This document shows positions 47,460 to 57,126 of a stretch of 64,000 bases of DNA, one piece after another; the stretch's first letter is position 1, and each line of letters begins with the position of its first letter. Both the position numbers and the translations under genes were made by a program. A model generated the notes under the pieces. That model ran no database searches. It was not told the DNA's origin and saw only the letters and a program-made list of their open reading frames with translations. The stretch is taken from positions 2,886 to 66,885 of IMG/VR virus record IMGVR_UViG_3300042934_000125. One strand, written 5' to 3'. This stretch comes from a virus.

Positions 47460-48206
47460 TTAGCGATACCCCGCTTTCAATTGTTCGATTACTGTATTGT
47501 AGAACACTGGGAGATGAGGCTCGATAGATTCAAGCATCTGCGTAACTACTGTACTGATTTGCGGCTCTGCTTCCCGACCGTTCGGGGAATACTTCGCACT
47601 ACGTTGTGTACCCATATGTACAAGGGAGCGAAGATTGATAGAAAAAACGCTCTCTACTGCTGTATAGAAACCTAATCGTCTACGTGCCGCCTGTTTCTTT
47701 CCTCCCGCTTTGATCACATCACAATACTTCCTAAAGTCAGGCACGACAACGAACTGGATGAAGTCCCATTTGTCCGTAGCTGTTACACAATCATCTGGAA
47801 ATACAATCGTAAGACCATGCTTAAGATAGTTCACATAACGACCAGATTCGTAGTTCTTGGAGTTGTGTCGGTAACGATTCATCTCAGCTTCCGTTGCGCG
47901 GTCAAAGATGCACTCGTACTGGAATCCTACTAACTCAAGAGGCTCACCATGTTTCTGTTCGAATCCATATGTCTCTACCACTTTAGGCTTTGCGGGTGTC
48001 TTGTAGTTCTTCTCAAACGCTTTCACCAGAATTGCATCCATCGGATATCCGTCAAGATAACCTACGGGCTTCGTAACTCCGATTAGAGTAGCTTGCGGTT
48101 CTACAGAGTAGATTTTAAGTGTCTCTTCATTGTGTTGGAAAGAGAACTCCAGTTTCTTATTAAAGTCATACTTAGGGATGTTATTCAGATCAGTTGTCAT
48201 CGTCAT
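47460..48206 (-). CDS. thyX: Divergent FAD-dependent thymidylate synthase
   Basis: HGEPLE, RYRHNS....SGRY (RHR..S....S.R variant), N.RSL.H....R, A..QI. Confidence 0.7.
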   Translation of the reverse strand: MTMTTDLNNIPKYDFNKKLEFSFQHNEETLKIYSVEPQATLIGVTKPVGYLDGYPMDAILVKAFEKNYKTPAKPKVVETYGFEQKHGEPLELVGFQYECIFDRATEAEMNRYRHNSKNYESGRYVNYLKHGLTIVFPDDCVTATDKWDFIQFVVVPDFRKYCDVIKAGGKKQAARRRLGFYTAVESVFSINLRSLVHMGTQRSAKYSPNGREAEPQISTVVTQMLESIEPHLPVFYNTVIEQLKAGYR

Positions 48207-48741
48207 TGCTCCTATTCATAGATGTGAAATTTGCGCCTTTTAATTCCTTGCGGAATACTTCAAGTTCCAACATGCGCTTGGAATATACTTTCTTCAATGC
48301 TGAGTAAACAGAGTCAGCCTTTTCGATCTTCATTTTCAGTTGATCGTATGCCCTCTTCAATACATCCTCTACAATCTGATGTTCCATCGATAGACGTTCA
48401 GCACGAGACTTTTTCTCCTGTACTGTTCCCGCTGAAGCTAATGCACGATTGAATATCTCAAGTTTCTTTGATCTACTCATATCAGACTCGCCCCCGAGTT
48501 TAGCCAGTTCTCTACCTGCTCTGTACATGAGAATAGGAATCTCTAAGATGTCCATCTCCAATTGTTGATCAGAGTAATCGTCAATGCGTCCCGCTTTCAA
48601 GTCTTTGATAAACTCATACATGCGGTCAATGAGATCATCTAACTCTTTGGAATAATAATCGACGATGTTATCCATCATCTGATTCGTAACAGAACTCTCC
48701 TGTTTGACCTCGTTATAGATCGCGGTTAGTTTCTCGTTCAA
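48190..48741 (-). CDS. Helical hypothetical protein (possible recombination mediator)
   Basis: Coiled coil in the recU-thyX-recA operon; function inferred from context only. Confidence 0.5.
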   Translation of the reverse strand: MNEKLTAIYNEVKQESSVTNQMMDNIVDYYSKELDDLIDRMYEFIKDLKAGRIDDYSDQQLEMDILEIPILMYRAGRELAKLGGESDMSRSKKLEIFNRALASAGTVQEKKSRAERLSMEHQIVEDVLKRAYDQLKMKIEKADSVYSALKKVYSKRMLELEVFRKELKGANFTSMNRSNDDDN

Positions 48742-48753
48742 CCTTACAACCTC

Positions 48754-49215
48754 CTAAATCGTGTCTAAGAATAGATCAATATTGTACTTCCATGTCGTTC
48801 TCACTTTCGTCTGTTCGATTCGATATCCCATCTTCCTGCACCATTCGATAGGGAAGGATTTTCTGCTACCTTCTTGAACGAATGCGGCAACGTCACCTGC
48901 TGAGAGATAGTACGTCTCATTCAGGTCACGGAAGTTGAAAACGAATCCTCCTTTGATCCCGCGTTTCTTGTTCGCTACGTAAAGTCCTGCCACTTGATGA
49001 ACCTTTAGATTATCGAAGGGCATTGACTTTCCTTTCGTCGTTTTCAACTCAAGGAGAAAGAGTGTCGGGTAACGGTACAATATGTAGTCACAGATGTTCT
49101 TCACGTTGACCAACTTCTTGTACTTCCCGCCCATATCTCTAAGACGTAGAATAAACGCTGATTCAGGAACAGAGTTTGCAAAGGCTTTCTCGAACGCTTT
49201 TCCCACGTTTACCAC
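48754..49215 (-). CDS. recU: RecU Holliday junction resolvase
   Basis: GK.FE, CDY, ELKTTK.KSMPFDNLK.HQ. Confidence 0.85.
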   Translation of the reverse strand: MVNVGKAFEKAFANSVPESAFILRLRDMGGKYKKLVNVKNICDYILYRYPTLFLLELKTTKGKSMPFDNLKVHQVAGLYVANKKRGIKGGFVFNFRDLNETYYLSAGDVAAFVQEGSRKSFPIEWCRKMGYRIEQTKVRTTWKYNIDLFLDTI

Positions 49216-49240
49216 TTGCTCACCTGCTTTCAGATAAATG

Positions 49241-49268
49241 TAATCTCAGCAGATGTGTAAATTAAACC
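49241..49268 (-). promoter_or_regulatory. Phage-type (middle) promoter
   Basis: GGTTTA-N17-GATTACATTT. Confidence 0.7.
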
Positions 49269-49788
49269 ATCAGGACAAATAAAAAAAGCCCCGAAGGGCT
49301 TACTTGACTGATATTAAGTGATATGAATATCTTCCATTCTGCAACAATCTTTTTCCTACCTTTAGCGAACACGTGCCTCTATTGATTTGCCCGATCAGTA
49401 CGAAATAATACTCTTCTGTTATTTGGTTGCTTGCGGTCATTGGGAACATTCTCGCTACCTCCTATGCTTTGTTGTATCTAAGTTCGCCGTTAACTTGGTA
49501 AACCTCGTAAGCTATTCCGTTCATGTCAGCAACCATGACATTCTCCAGTTCTTCGTTAACGAATATCACATCAAACTCTCCGATTTCCTTCTCCAACCAA
49601 CCAATGTGATCTTTATTGTTTAACATTTTTCTATCTCCTCATCATCTTCTTCGTGCATACAACCGTTTGGGCAAATACCATCTTTTAATTCCTCATCACA
49701 ATTCCAACAATTCACTGTTTTTATCTCCTTCCTGCGCTCATGACGCATATGAATATAATTGGGATAAGTGCGATAAGTAGGTATGTAT

Positions 49789-50016
49789 TCATACGGTAAG
49801 TCCCGCGTTAACTTCAGACAACCTCGTAGGTACGACCAGATGGCAATTCTGCCCACCCATTCTCATCATCATTCCATCTTCGTTATACCATGCGGCTATC
49901 AAACTGGAACTTAGTTGCGTAACCATGTTGTCCCCTTGCTCTTTACCCATCTTGAATTGAGCGATTACCGTCCCGTTTGATCTGAATCCTACCAATGTTC
50001 CTGTCATTTTCAGCAC
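49789..50016 (-). CDS. Hypothetical early protein
   Basis: GGAGGTG RBS downstream of a sigmaA promoter. Confidence 0.55.
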   Translation of the reverse strand: MLKMTGTLVGFRSNGTVIAQFKMGKEQGDNMVTQLSSSLIAAWYNEDGMMMRMGGQNCHLVVPTRLSEVNAGLTV

Positions 50017-50036
50017 CTCCGTTTGTTTATGTACTT

Positions 50037-50065
50037 ACTATACACCTTCCAGTATAATGAGTCAA
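50037..50065 (-). promoter_or_regulatory. sigmaA promoter (variant box)
   Basis: TTGACT-cattatactggaaggtg-TATAGT. Confidence 0.75.
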
Positions 50066-50280
50066 GCCCAAATTTGAAGCCACTTCAAAAACAAGAACCC
50101 TACGATCACCCATACCAACGGAGCATACTCTTTTTTAGGCTTACTTACTCTTACCCGCTTCATTCCTCTACTGTCCCAGAACCCGATCGGCACACCCTTC
50201 TTCAGGGCTTCATATTCCATGTCCTCAGCCTCTTCGTCGGTTAGTTTGACTAAATAGTCATCGGCATATTTACGCGCCAT
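50062..50280 (-). CDS. Small C-terminally anchored membrane protein
   Basis: GAGGAG RBS; C-terminal TM segment. Confidence 0.55.
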   Translation of the reverse strand: MARKYADDYLVKLTDEEAEDMEYEALKKGVPIGFWDSRGMKRVRVSKPKKEYAPLVWVIVGFLFLKWLQIWA

Positions 50281-50369
50281 CTAACGCCCTCCTCGTCGCT
50301 TGTACTTAGTCCATACTATGCAGACCAGTCCACATATTAGTACAAGAAAAAAGAGGGCTTTTCAGCCCC

Positions 50370-50570
50370 CTACATTTCAAGCCATTCAATTGTAATTCCT
50401 TTTTCTACATCAGTAGTCATCTTGAAAAATAGGTAATTCTCTTTCTTTGATCCTTTATGCGACATAGCCAGTTTAAGATTTCCTAACTTCGGGTATCCTG
50501 TGGCTGTACCGCCTTTACCTACAAAGAACTCACCATTTGATTTCTTTACTGCTCCGTATGACTCATTCAT
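50370..50570 (-). CDS. Hypothetical protein
   Basis: ORF track; coupled. Confidence 0.5.
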   Translation of the reverse strand: MNESYGAVKKSNGEFFVGKGGTATGYPKLGNLKLAMSHKGSKKENYLFFKMTTDVEKGITIEWLEM

Positions 50571-51381
50571 ACAGCATCATCCCTTCATCTGCAAATGCTT
50601 CGCATTTTGTTTTGTGTTTACAATACATACACTTATCTCGTTCAGCAGGTGGAACAACGTCATTCTGTACGAACCATTCTGCTTTCTCAGTCCGAGATGT
50701 TACATAGTCTTTCAACTCCTGAGGAATCTTCCATAGAAACGGCTTATGCTGAAGGAAGTTACGATCTTCATAGAAGAACAGTATGTAATCAATACCCAAT
50801 CCCATACCGTAACAAGTCGCCTGAATCTGATGCTCCATCAATGGTTCTGTCAGCTTCTTGTATTTGAACATAGAAGCTGTTTTAATCTCAAGCAAGCACT
50901 CTTTACCGTTGAAGATGAACACTCCGTCACATTGAAAGCTGATTCTCAGATCATAGTTGACGCATCTTGCTTCAGTTCGATCCTCGTTCCACCCTTTGAA
51001 GATGGTATTGATTCCTTTTTGGTTAGCTTCCTTGACGATTTCCTCTACGTCGAGAGTTTTAAGGTTCTTCATCTTCGCCACGGTACGTTGGATACGTTCA
51101 TGTCTATCAGTACCATTATCGGTAATCCCAATGATGTTATACGTCCACTCATCGTTGAAGTCTGGTAAATCCTCTTGCAGACCTTTACGCATGAAGAACA
51201 TATTTCTCATACAAGCACCTACAGAACTCGGTCTGAACAGATCACTTGGATATTGCTGTCTGTTCTCGTTTTCATTCTTCCAGAGTGCATCATTGTATTC
51301 TTTCAGAAACGCTTGCTCGAAGCTATCATCTGGTTTATCTTTCATATCATTTAACAGAGCATGAAGGTTCTTTATTGCCAT
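50563..51381 (-). CDS. Cas4-like PD-(D/E)XK exonuclease
   Basis: PSS.G.C.R, G...HE, CDG, EIKT, Q...Y, C.YC....C Fe-S ligands. Confidence 0.85.
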   Translation of the reverse strand: MAIKNLHALLNDMKDKPDDSFEQAFLKEYNDALWKNENENRQQYPSDLFRPSSVGACMRNMFFMRKGLQEDLPDFNDEWTYNIIGITDNGTDRHERIQRTVAKMKNLKTLDVEEIVKEANQKGINTIFKGWNEDRTEARCVNYDLRISFQCDGVFIFNGKECLLEIKTASMFKYKKLTEPLMEHQIQATCYGMGLGIDYILFFYEDRNFLQHKPFLWKIPQELKDYVTSRTEKAEWFVQNDVVPPAERDKCMYCKHKTKCEAFADEGMMLYE

Positions 51382-51547
51382 ACAAGAACACCTTCGATCT
51401 GTGAAATCTTTACGACCAAATAGTTAACATCAGAATCAGTCACTTCAAGACCTTGTACATCTCCGAAACTATCTGTCCTTACTGTAATATCTTTACATGT
51501 AAACTCCATTATATTTCCGCTTTTTAGAAATAATTTTACTCTTTTCA

Positions 51548-51892
51548 TTAGATGACTTGACCTCCAAGCGTAAGACCTTTCATCTTCGCGGCTTTTCCTT
51601 TACGTTCTGCTTGTACTTCAGGTGTTGCAGGATACAGACCTTCTTTTTGCACCAATCGTCTTGCGCGGGTAATTGATTCAGCAGAGGTTGTATTGCGAAT
51701 TACGTCCCATACATTGACCATGCTATCAGACACTTTAATACCATCCTTGTGCGTCCAGTACATCATGATCAGAAGTCTGTCATCGCTTCGTGTATCGGGA
51801 AATCTGTCCATTAGGTTCTCAACATTTTCTCTTACATTACTCATATCTGTACCACACCTCTCCGTTAGTTTCATGTTTTGAAAATATTCCAT
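51548..51892 (-). CDS. Hypothetical phage protein
   Basis: P.TR.DD.LL...YW, ESITRARR..Q motif; GGAGAGGTG RBS favours MSNVRE start. Confidence 0.65.
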   Translation of the reverse strand: MEYFQNMKLTERCGTDMSNVRENVENLMDRFPDTRSDDRLLIMMYWTHKDGIKVSDSMVNVWDVIRNTTSAESITRARRLVQKEGLYPATPEVQAERKGKAAKMKGLTLGGQVI

Positions 51893-52229
51893 ATTCGATA
51901 AGAATGTCCATAAATTTATGATATGCGGTCAAATCGTTATCTACGTCCTGCACTTCCTGTAATTCCTTTAGCTGAATAAGTTTGTCGTATACTTCTTCAG
52001 GTTTAAATCTATGATCATAAATAATCGTTGAAGCATGAGACTCAAAAAACTCTTCTCCTTCTTTATCGGGCTTCAAACCCACTAACAAGTAAATCAACTC
52101 GTCTCCAAAAGGAAGCATTTCAGTAATTTCATCGACTCCAACTGCCTCTAACTTCTGATGATAATCTCTTGTTCTACTTACGTGATTAGTTATTACCTCT
52201 CGAACATCTCCATTAAAATTATGTCTCAT
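51837..52229 (-). CDS. Hypothetical protein
   Basis: AAGGAG RBS after a middle promoter. Confidence 0.6.
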   Translation of the reverse strand: MRHNFNGDVREVITNHVSRTRDYHQKLEAVGVDEITEMLPFGDELIYLLVGLKPDKEGEEFFESHASTIIYDHRFKPEEVYDKLIQLKELQEVQDVDNDLTAYHKFMDILIEYGIFSKHETNGEVWYRYE

Positions 52230-52272
52230 TTTTTATTCAGTCTCCTTAGTGTTATTTGCTTTCGTGTAAACA

Positions 52273-52300
52273 TAATCTGGTACGTTTTAATTCTTAAACC
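52273..52300 (-). promoter_or_regulatory. Phage-type (middle) promoter
   Basis: GGTTTA-N17-GATTATGTTT. Confidence 0.75.
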
Positions 52301-52410
52301 AAGAAAAAAAAGAACCCTTTCAGGTTCTCTGTGTTATATGTGCCCATCGTTTACCTAACTTAATGTTACTTACATGCCCTAATCTTCATAGTAAGCAATA
52401 GGTTTCCAGA

Positions 52411-54552
52411 TCATAGCCCGTACGCCTCCGCTACGTTAGCACCGTACCAGACATCCATGACCTCCAAATCGCATTTCATCAGAAGTCCACCAAGAGTCTC
52501 TCTTCCTACAGCTTTCATATGCTCTGACATTATTGTTCCTGCTTCGTATACATGTTCATCTGGACATTCCATGATTAGCTCATCGTGGATTGTGAGCAGA
52601 AGGTGAGCGTCTAATTCTTGAAGTCTTTCATCTTGTCCGATTCTAATCATAGCTTTCTTTAACAAGTCTCCAGCCGTACCTTGTACGACTGAGTTAAGAA
52701 CTTGACGGAATGCCACTGTATATTCCCACGACTTCTTACTCTTCATCATATCGGGAAGTCTACGTTTACGACCATCTACTGTGTAAGCATATCCTTTTGT
52801 TTCGGCATGGTGGATGAAGTACTTACGTACCATCTCGACTTTCGGGAATGCCTTCTTGAACAGGTCTACAACTTCCTCGCCCCATTTAGCAGGTTTACCA
52901 AATTGTGCCGCGATATCGCCCGCAGAACGCTCATACATGATTCCCAAGAGTACTGACTTAACAGAGTCACGTCTTAGCTTACCTTCAGCCCCGAATGCCT
53001 CCACACATTCCTCGGCAGGAACGCTGTAAATCTTGGATGCCATCATTGCGTACAAGTCTTCCCCGTTCATATATGCGTCCCACATTTCAGTACCTTGGAA
53101 CATATTCATCGTAATGAATGACAGCACCCTTGGCTCAATCTGTGAGAAGTCACTTCCGATTAGCTTATACCCTTCCCGCGCCCTGAACATCTTACGAATG
53201 CGCTTTTCTCTTGCAGGAATGTTTTGCAGGTTCGGATTGGTTGAACTAAATCGAGATGTTACCGTACCAGATTGATTAAACTCTGTATGAATTGCCTGTG
53301 TTCTCGGCTCTACTTTGTTAGGGAGTGCGATAACGAATCCACTAAGCAACTTCGCCAATGTCTTATACTCTAACAGTAGGTCAAAGAAGTCGAGTAGCGT
53401 CTCATTCTTTACTTTCTCTTTCAGGATACCAATCTCTTTTCGACCTGTACCTCTCGGCTTTTTGCGACTCGGTGCAGGTATCTTCATTACATCATAGAAC
53501 AGTGCGGCAAGCTGAGCGGGTGCGTTGAAGTTAATCTTCCCTGTACCTTTCGTTAGACGATTCAGCAATTCATTCTCCAGAATGCTTTCCTTTATCTCGT
53601 CCAATGTTGCGTCCATTTCCCATTCTGTACGGGCAAGGTCTGCTTGCATCTCACCTTCTAATTCCTTGGCGTAATCAGGTCGAATCTGAATGCCTCGCGT
53701 TTCGATGTTTATAAGAACTGGTATGAGTGGCATCTCAATGTCCCTGAACACGTGATATAGCTTTCTGAAGTCTTCTCGTGCGTGATCAGCCTTGAGGAAT
53801 TGTCGTTGGAACTCTACGAGGGCGTCTGTTTTGTATCCATCGTTCGCCCCGTAGATTGTAGCGATCTCAATCGGAATGTAGTTGAATGGGATTCCATCGA
53901 AGTAATCTCCGTAATCGAAGTCATTTCCTTTCCCTTTCGCTACGTACTTATTATAGAGATACTTGAGTCCATGTGGTTCATTTTCATCCAACACATGGGC
54001 GCCAACCAATGTATCCCAGAAGAAGTTTGCTATCTTAACTCCCCAATTCAAGAAGTGCATTTTTCCATCGAATTTTCCGTTATGCGTCTTGGTCTTGATT
54101 CTTTTGTTGGTGACTATAGGTTTCATGACTCTAATCACCGTAGCCTCGTCCAGTTGCCCCGAGAGTCGATTATTAGCCATATCAGTATGATTGATAGGCA
54201 CATATGCAGAAGGCTGTCCTTTTACGTAGAGGCATACGCCGACGATGATGTCATTGAACACATCAAGTCCCGTAGTCTCTAAGTCGAGTACGTATTCTCC
54301 TTCTCGTTCGATGGCTTCCATGTACTCTTTTAGTCGATTCTCAGTCGTGATTGTTTCGAGATTACCTTCGGCTTTGAGATCACCTTTCCTGAGCATTTCC
54401 CACGCTTTATCTATCGCCATTGTGATCTTGTTACGTACTCTGGTTGTTTGCACCTGACATTCCTTTTTGTTCGCCAATCTTGCAGTAATGTCAGATAGGT
54501 TCGTTGTTGCTCTATCGAATGACATCGCTAAATTTCTCGTCAAGATATCCAC
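52411..54552 (-). CDS. polA: Family A DNA polymerase with 3'-5' exonuclease domain
   Basis: DLETTG, HNGKFD, T.T.RFSS.NPNLQN, DFSQIEPR, K...LG..Y, QGTAGD, IHDE. Confidence 0.95.
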   Translation of the reverse strand: MDILTRNLAMSFDRATTNLSDITARLANKKECQVQTTRVRNKITMAIDKAWEMLRKGDLKAEGNLETITTENRLKEYMEAIEREGEYVLDLETTGLDVFNDIIVGVCLYVKGQPSAYVPINHTDMANNRLSGQLDEATVIRVMKPIVTNKRIKTKTHNGKFDGKMHFLNWGVKIANFFWDTLVGAHVLDENEPHGLKYLYNKYVAKGKGNDFDYGDYFDGIPFNYIPIEIATIYGANDGYKTDALVEFQRQFLKADHAREDFRKLYHVFRDIEMPLIPVLINIETRGIQIRPDYAKELEGEMQADLARTEWEMDATLDEIKESILENELLNRLTKGTGKINFNAPAQLAALFYDVMKIPAPSRKKPRGTGRKEIGILKEKVKNETLLDFFDLLLEYKTLAKLLSGFVIALPNKVEPRTQAIHTEFNQSGTVTSRFSSTNPNLQNIPAREKRIRKMFRAREGYKLIGSDFSQIEPRVLSFITMNMFQGTEMWDAYMNGEDLYAMMASKIYSVPAEECVEAFGAEGKLRRDSVKSVLLGIMYERSAGDIAAQFGKPAKWGEEVVDLFKKAFPKVEMVRKYFIHHAETKGYAYTVDGRKRRLPDMMKSKKSWEYTVAFRQVLNSVVQGTAGDLLKKAMIRIGQDERLQELDAHLLLTIHDELIMECPDEHVYEAGTIMSEHMKAVGRETLGGLLMKCDLEVMDVWYGANVAEAYGL

Positions 54553-54575
54553 CTCCGTGATTAGTCAATAGAACA

Positions 54576-54603
54576 TAATCGTTTCAGCAAGATATTCTGA
54601 ACA
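54576..54603 (-). promoter_or_regulatory. Phage-type (middle) promoter
   Basis: TGTTCA-N17-GATTATGTTC. Confidence 0.65.
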
Positions 54604-54748
54604 AGAAAAAAAGCCTTTCGGCTTTATTTGTGTAGGGAGGCTGAGTATTTGACGTTTTTTATTACGTGCCATCCCGTTTTAAGCACTACAGAGGGTTTCT
54701 TACAATCTATACACTTACACTCGATACAGTAGGTCATCTCAATTCCTC

Positions 54749-55018
54749 CTATTGGGGTACTGGTACGCGGACATTCTCTGTATTAGCTAAAGTCATAAGG
54801 TAGCGGGAGTACTTCTTCACAAGTCTTCTTCCCGTTTTCATTTGTGGTGGAGTCAAGTTTCGTCCAAACTGAAGTTGTGTAGCCAAGGATTCCCCGAAGT
54901 TTCTATCTGGTGCAAGGAAGGCTGATTTGTCATTTAGAGTCTTTATCGCTCTTTTTACGGCGAAGTCATGTGTCTCAAGTAAATACAATATGTCTTGCTC
55001 AGTGTACGTGTATGGCAT
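54749..55018 (-). CDS. Hypothetical early protein
   Basis: AGGAGGT RBS; own sigmaA promoter. Confidence 0.7.
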   Translation of the reverse strand: MPYTYTEQDILYLLETHDFAVKRAIKTLNDKSAFLAPDRNFGESLATQLQFGRNLTPPQMKTGRRLVKKYSRYLMTLANTENVRVPVPQ

Positions 55019-55050
55019 TTCGTACCTCCTGTGTTCGTCTTATGATACCG

Positions 55051-55079
55051 ATTATACACGAACGTATATAGTATTGCAA
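55051..55079 (-). promoter_or_regulatory. sigmaA promoter with TATACGTT box
   Basis: TTGCAA-tactatatacgttcgtg-TATAAT. Confidence 0.85.
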
Positions 55080-55123
55080 GCATAAAAAAGGAACAAGCCG
55101 TTAAGACTTGTCCCCTTTTATCC

Positions 55124-55777
55124 TTAGAACGTCGATGGTGTTTCCCCTTGAGGCTCGGCAGGAGTGTCATTCTTCAAAGTGAATTGTCCATTCTTCGCTT
55201 GAATCATTTCCTCCGCTGTCAGGTCAAGTACGAACCATGATTTCTTACCCAGAATCTCTGGGATTTCAGGCAACTCAGCCGCTTCTTTGTCTTTTGGGTA
55301 AAACTCGTAAGTGGTCTTTGTGTTGCCTTTCTTGCCGATACGCTTGATTTTCCAATCTCTCGCGTTCAGGTCTCCATACTCTTCGATCAGTGAGATGATC
55401 TTTTTGATGTCTCCTAAACCGCGTTTCCAGATTTGAATCACTGGGTCTTTCTCAGCTACAGTATTCGGCTTGATTGGGATGTACACTTTCAGTGATGGGT
55501 GATCTCCGTCTAAGCAGTAAGGGCAACCGTCACCAATACAGTTAACGTCTCGGTTATAGCCGTCGATCTGGATGTTCTGGTGAACTTCGTATACTGGGAG
55601 GTCATATGTAGGGTTCCCCAGTTCATCCACGCCCGTCTTACCTTTCAGCAAAATACGTCCTTGAATCGTGTCCCCATCATCCTTCAGACCTTTGATCCAT
55701 CCAGTCTTGATGAAGTCACCGCCGCCACCTGCATTTTCGTACTGAGTGATGAGAGATTGCAATCCTTTTAATGACAT
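55124..55777 (-). CDS. Single-stranded DNA-binding protein (T4 gp32-like)
   Basis: LKDDGD....RI, H...C....CPYC zinc site, G.L..RD.KI.R.G....T.Y, acidic tail ending in F. Confidence 0.75.
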   Translation of the reverse strand: MSLKGLQSLITQYENAGGGGDFIKTGWIKGLKDDGDTIQGRILLKGKTGVDELGNPTYDLPVYEVHQNIQIDGYNRDVNCIGDGCPYCLDGDHPSLKVYIPIKPNTVAEKDPVIQIWKRGLGDIKKIISLIEEYGDLNARDWKIKRIGKKGNTKTTYEFYPKDKEAAELPEIPEILGKKSWFVLDLTAEEMIQAKNGQFTLKNDTPAEPQGETPSTF

Positions 55778-55916
55778 TTGATTTCCTCTTTTCGTTGTTT
55801 TGTATGGGAATCGCTTAATTGTCTCGGTTACGGTTTCGTGTATACAAACACTACCAATGTTTATTTTTTCTTCCCCGACACCGTAACTTAACTCTTATTG
55901 CCTACCCGAATAAACA

Positions 55917-55944
55917 TAATCTCGTTCTCGAACTTTTTTGAACC
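55917..55944 (-). promoter_or_regulatory. Phage-type (middle) promoter
   Basis: GGTTCA-N17-GATTATGTTT. Confidence 0.75.
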
Positions 55945-56048
55945 AACATTTTCACTTTTTTCTGTTTTGTCGGCTAACCACTCTGTAGCTAAGCAGATGA
56001 TGAATACCCCAACCAATACAATGAACCCTCCGACAGTCGCTCCCATGT

Positions 56049-56234
56049 CTATTTAATCCCCTTTTCCAGTTGAATAGAGTGTTTTCGAATCATGAGAAGT
56101 AGTTGCTTTAGTTCTGTTGTTTCCCGATCTAAGTCCATCCATCTACCGTTCTGCTTGTACTGCTTGATTTCCTCTTTACTTTCCATGATCATAATTGCTC
56201 TTTTCATTTCCTCGATCAGAAGTTGTTTACTCAT
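56049..56234 (-). CDS. Hypothetical protein
   Basis: GGGAGG RBS. Confidence 0.55.
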   Translation of the reverse strand: MSKQLLIEEMKRAIMIMESKEEIKQYKQNGRWMDLDRETTELKQLLLMIRKHSIQLEKGIK

Positions 56235-56236
56235 GG

Positions 56237-56455
56237 TTATCTGTCCTCCCGTTCTGGTAATTCAAGTACTACCTTCTCAAGTCCGTTCTTCTTGAAATGA
56301 TCGATGGCACATGCTCTATCACAGAACAGTTCGTCAGCTTCGTTCTTGTATACTGCTTGTCCCGCTACCAAGTCATCCCCGCACTCCTCACAAGCGTAAA
56401 GGACGATCTCGACAGCTTCAGGTGGACTCGTTTTCCAGTTATCGTAGTTTGTCAT
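56237..56455 (-). CDS. Zinc-finger hypothetical protein
   Basis: YD.WKT.PP, CEEC...C...C. Confidence 0.65.
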   Translation of the reverse strand: MTNYDNWKTSPPEAVEIVLYACEECGDDLVAGQAVYKNEADELFCDRACAIDHFKKNGLEKVVLELPEREDR

Positions 56456-56467
56456 ACTCTCACCTCC

Positions 56468-57067
56468 TCAGTATGTGGCAACCAAAATTGTTCTTACTTT
56501 GGCTATGTATTTGTTTACCATCGTGGCAGATACTCCAATGGCTCTTGCTATGTCGGACTTGCTTTCGCCACGACTCAGTAGTACACATGTCTTGTATTCC
56601 TTATCTGACAGCTTCAGCGTATCAAGCAATTGCTTTAGTTCACTGTCTACGTAGCTTGTATCGTCGAAGAGTTTATCGAAGTCGTTCTTAGCACCTTCTT
56701 CGTTGTTCTCAAGCATGTTCTCATAGCTGATATGGTGCGCCGTGGGATCGAACCGCTTTTCTCTCGTTTGAATCTCGTACTGCTTCTGCATTGCTTGATT
56801 GAAATAGCTCCTGCAGAACGTTGTGAACTTGTACCCTCGTGAGACATCGAAGTTTGCAATGGCTTTGATTAATGCAATCTGTAACTCCCCCATTCGATCA
56901 TTCCAATCAATGTTTGGGATGTTCTTGTACAGATCGGCTACCTGAGTCATGATCCCCTTCATGCGTTTTAACATGATAGTTATCAGATCATTCATTTCCC
57001 AGTCACAAGCTGTATTCTGGTAAGTCATTGCAAGTTCTTCATTTGTCATTTGAGCGTAATTTTTCAT
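56468..57067 (-). CDS. Phage sigma-70-family RNA polymerase sigma factor
   Basis: TNEEL, IALIKAI.NFD.SRG.KF.TF region 2, C-terminal HTH (KSDIARAIGVS); GGGAGG RBS favours ATG at 57067. Confidence 0.88.
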   Translation of the reverse strand: MKNYAQMTNEELAMTYQNTACDWEMNDLITIMLKRMKGIMTQVADLYKNIPNIDWNDRMGELQIALIKAIANFDVSRGYKFTTFCRSYFNQAMQKQYEIQTREKRFDPTAHHISYENMLENNEEGAKNDFDKLFDDTSYVDSELKQLLDTLKLSDKEYKTCVLLSRGESKSDIARAIGVSATMVNKYIAKVRTILVATY

Positions 57068-57126
57068 TCGGTTTATTCCTCCCACGGAACATTAGATTTT
57101 TTATGTTTAAAACTTGGATTAATTGG

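Noticed and set aside
50563-51381. Cas4-like gene as evidence of CRISPR-Cas
   Set aside because: No repeat-spacer array or other cas genes; stand-alone Cas4-like exonucleases are common in phage recombination modules
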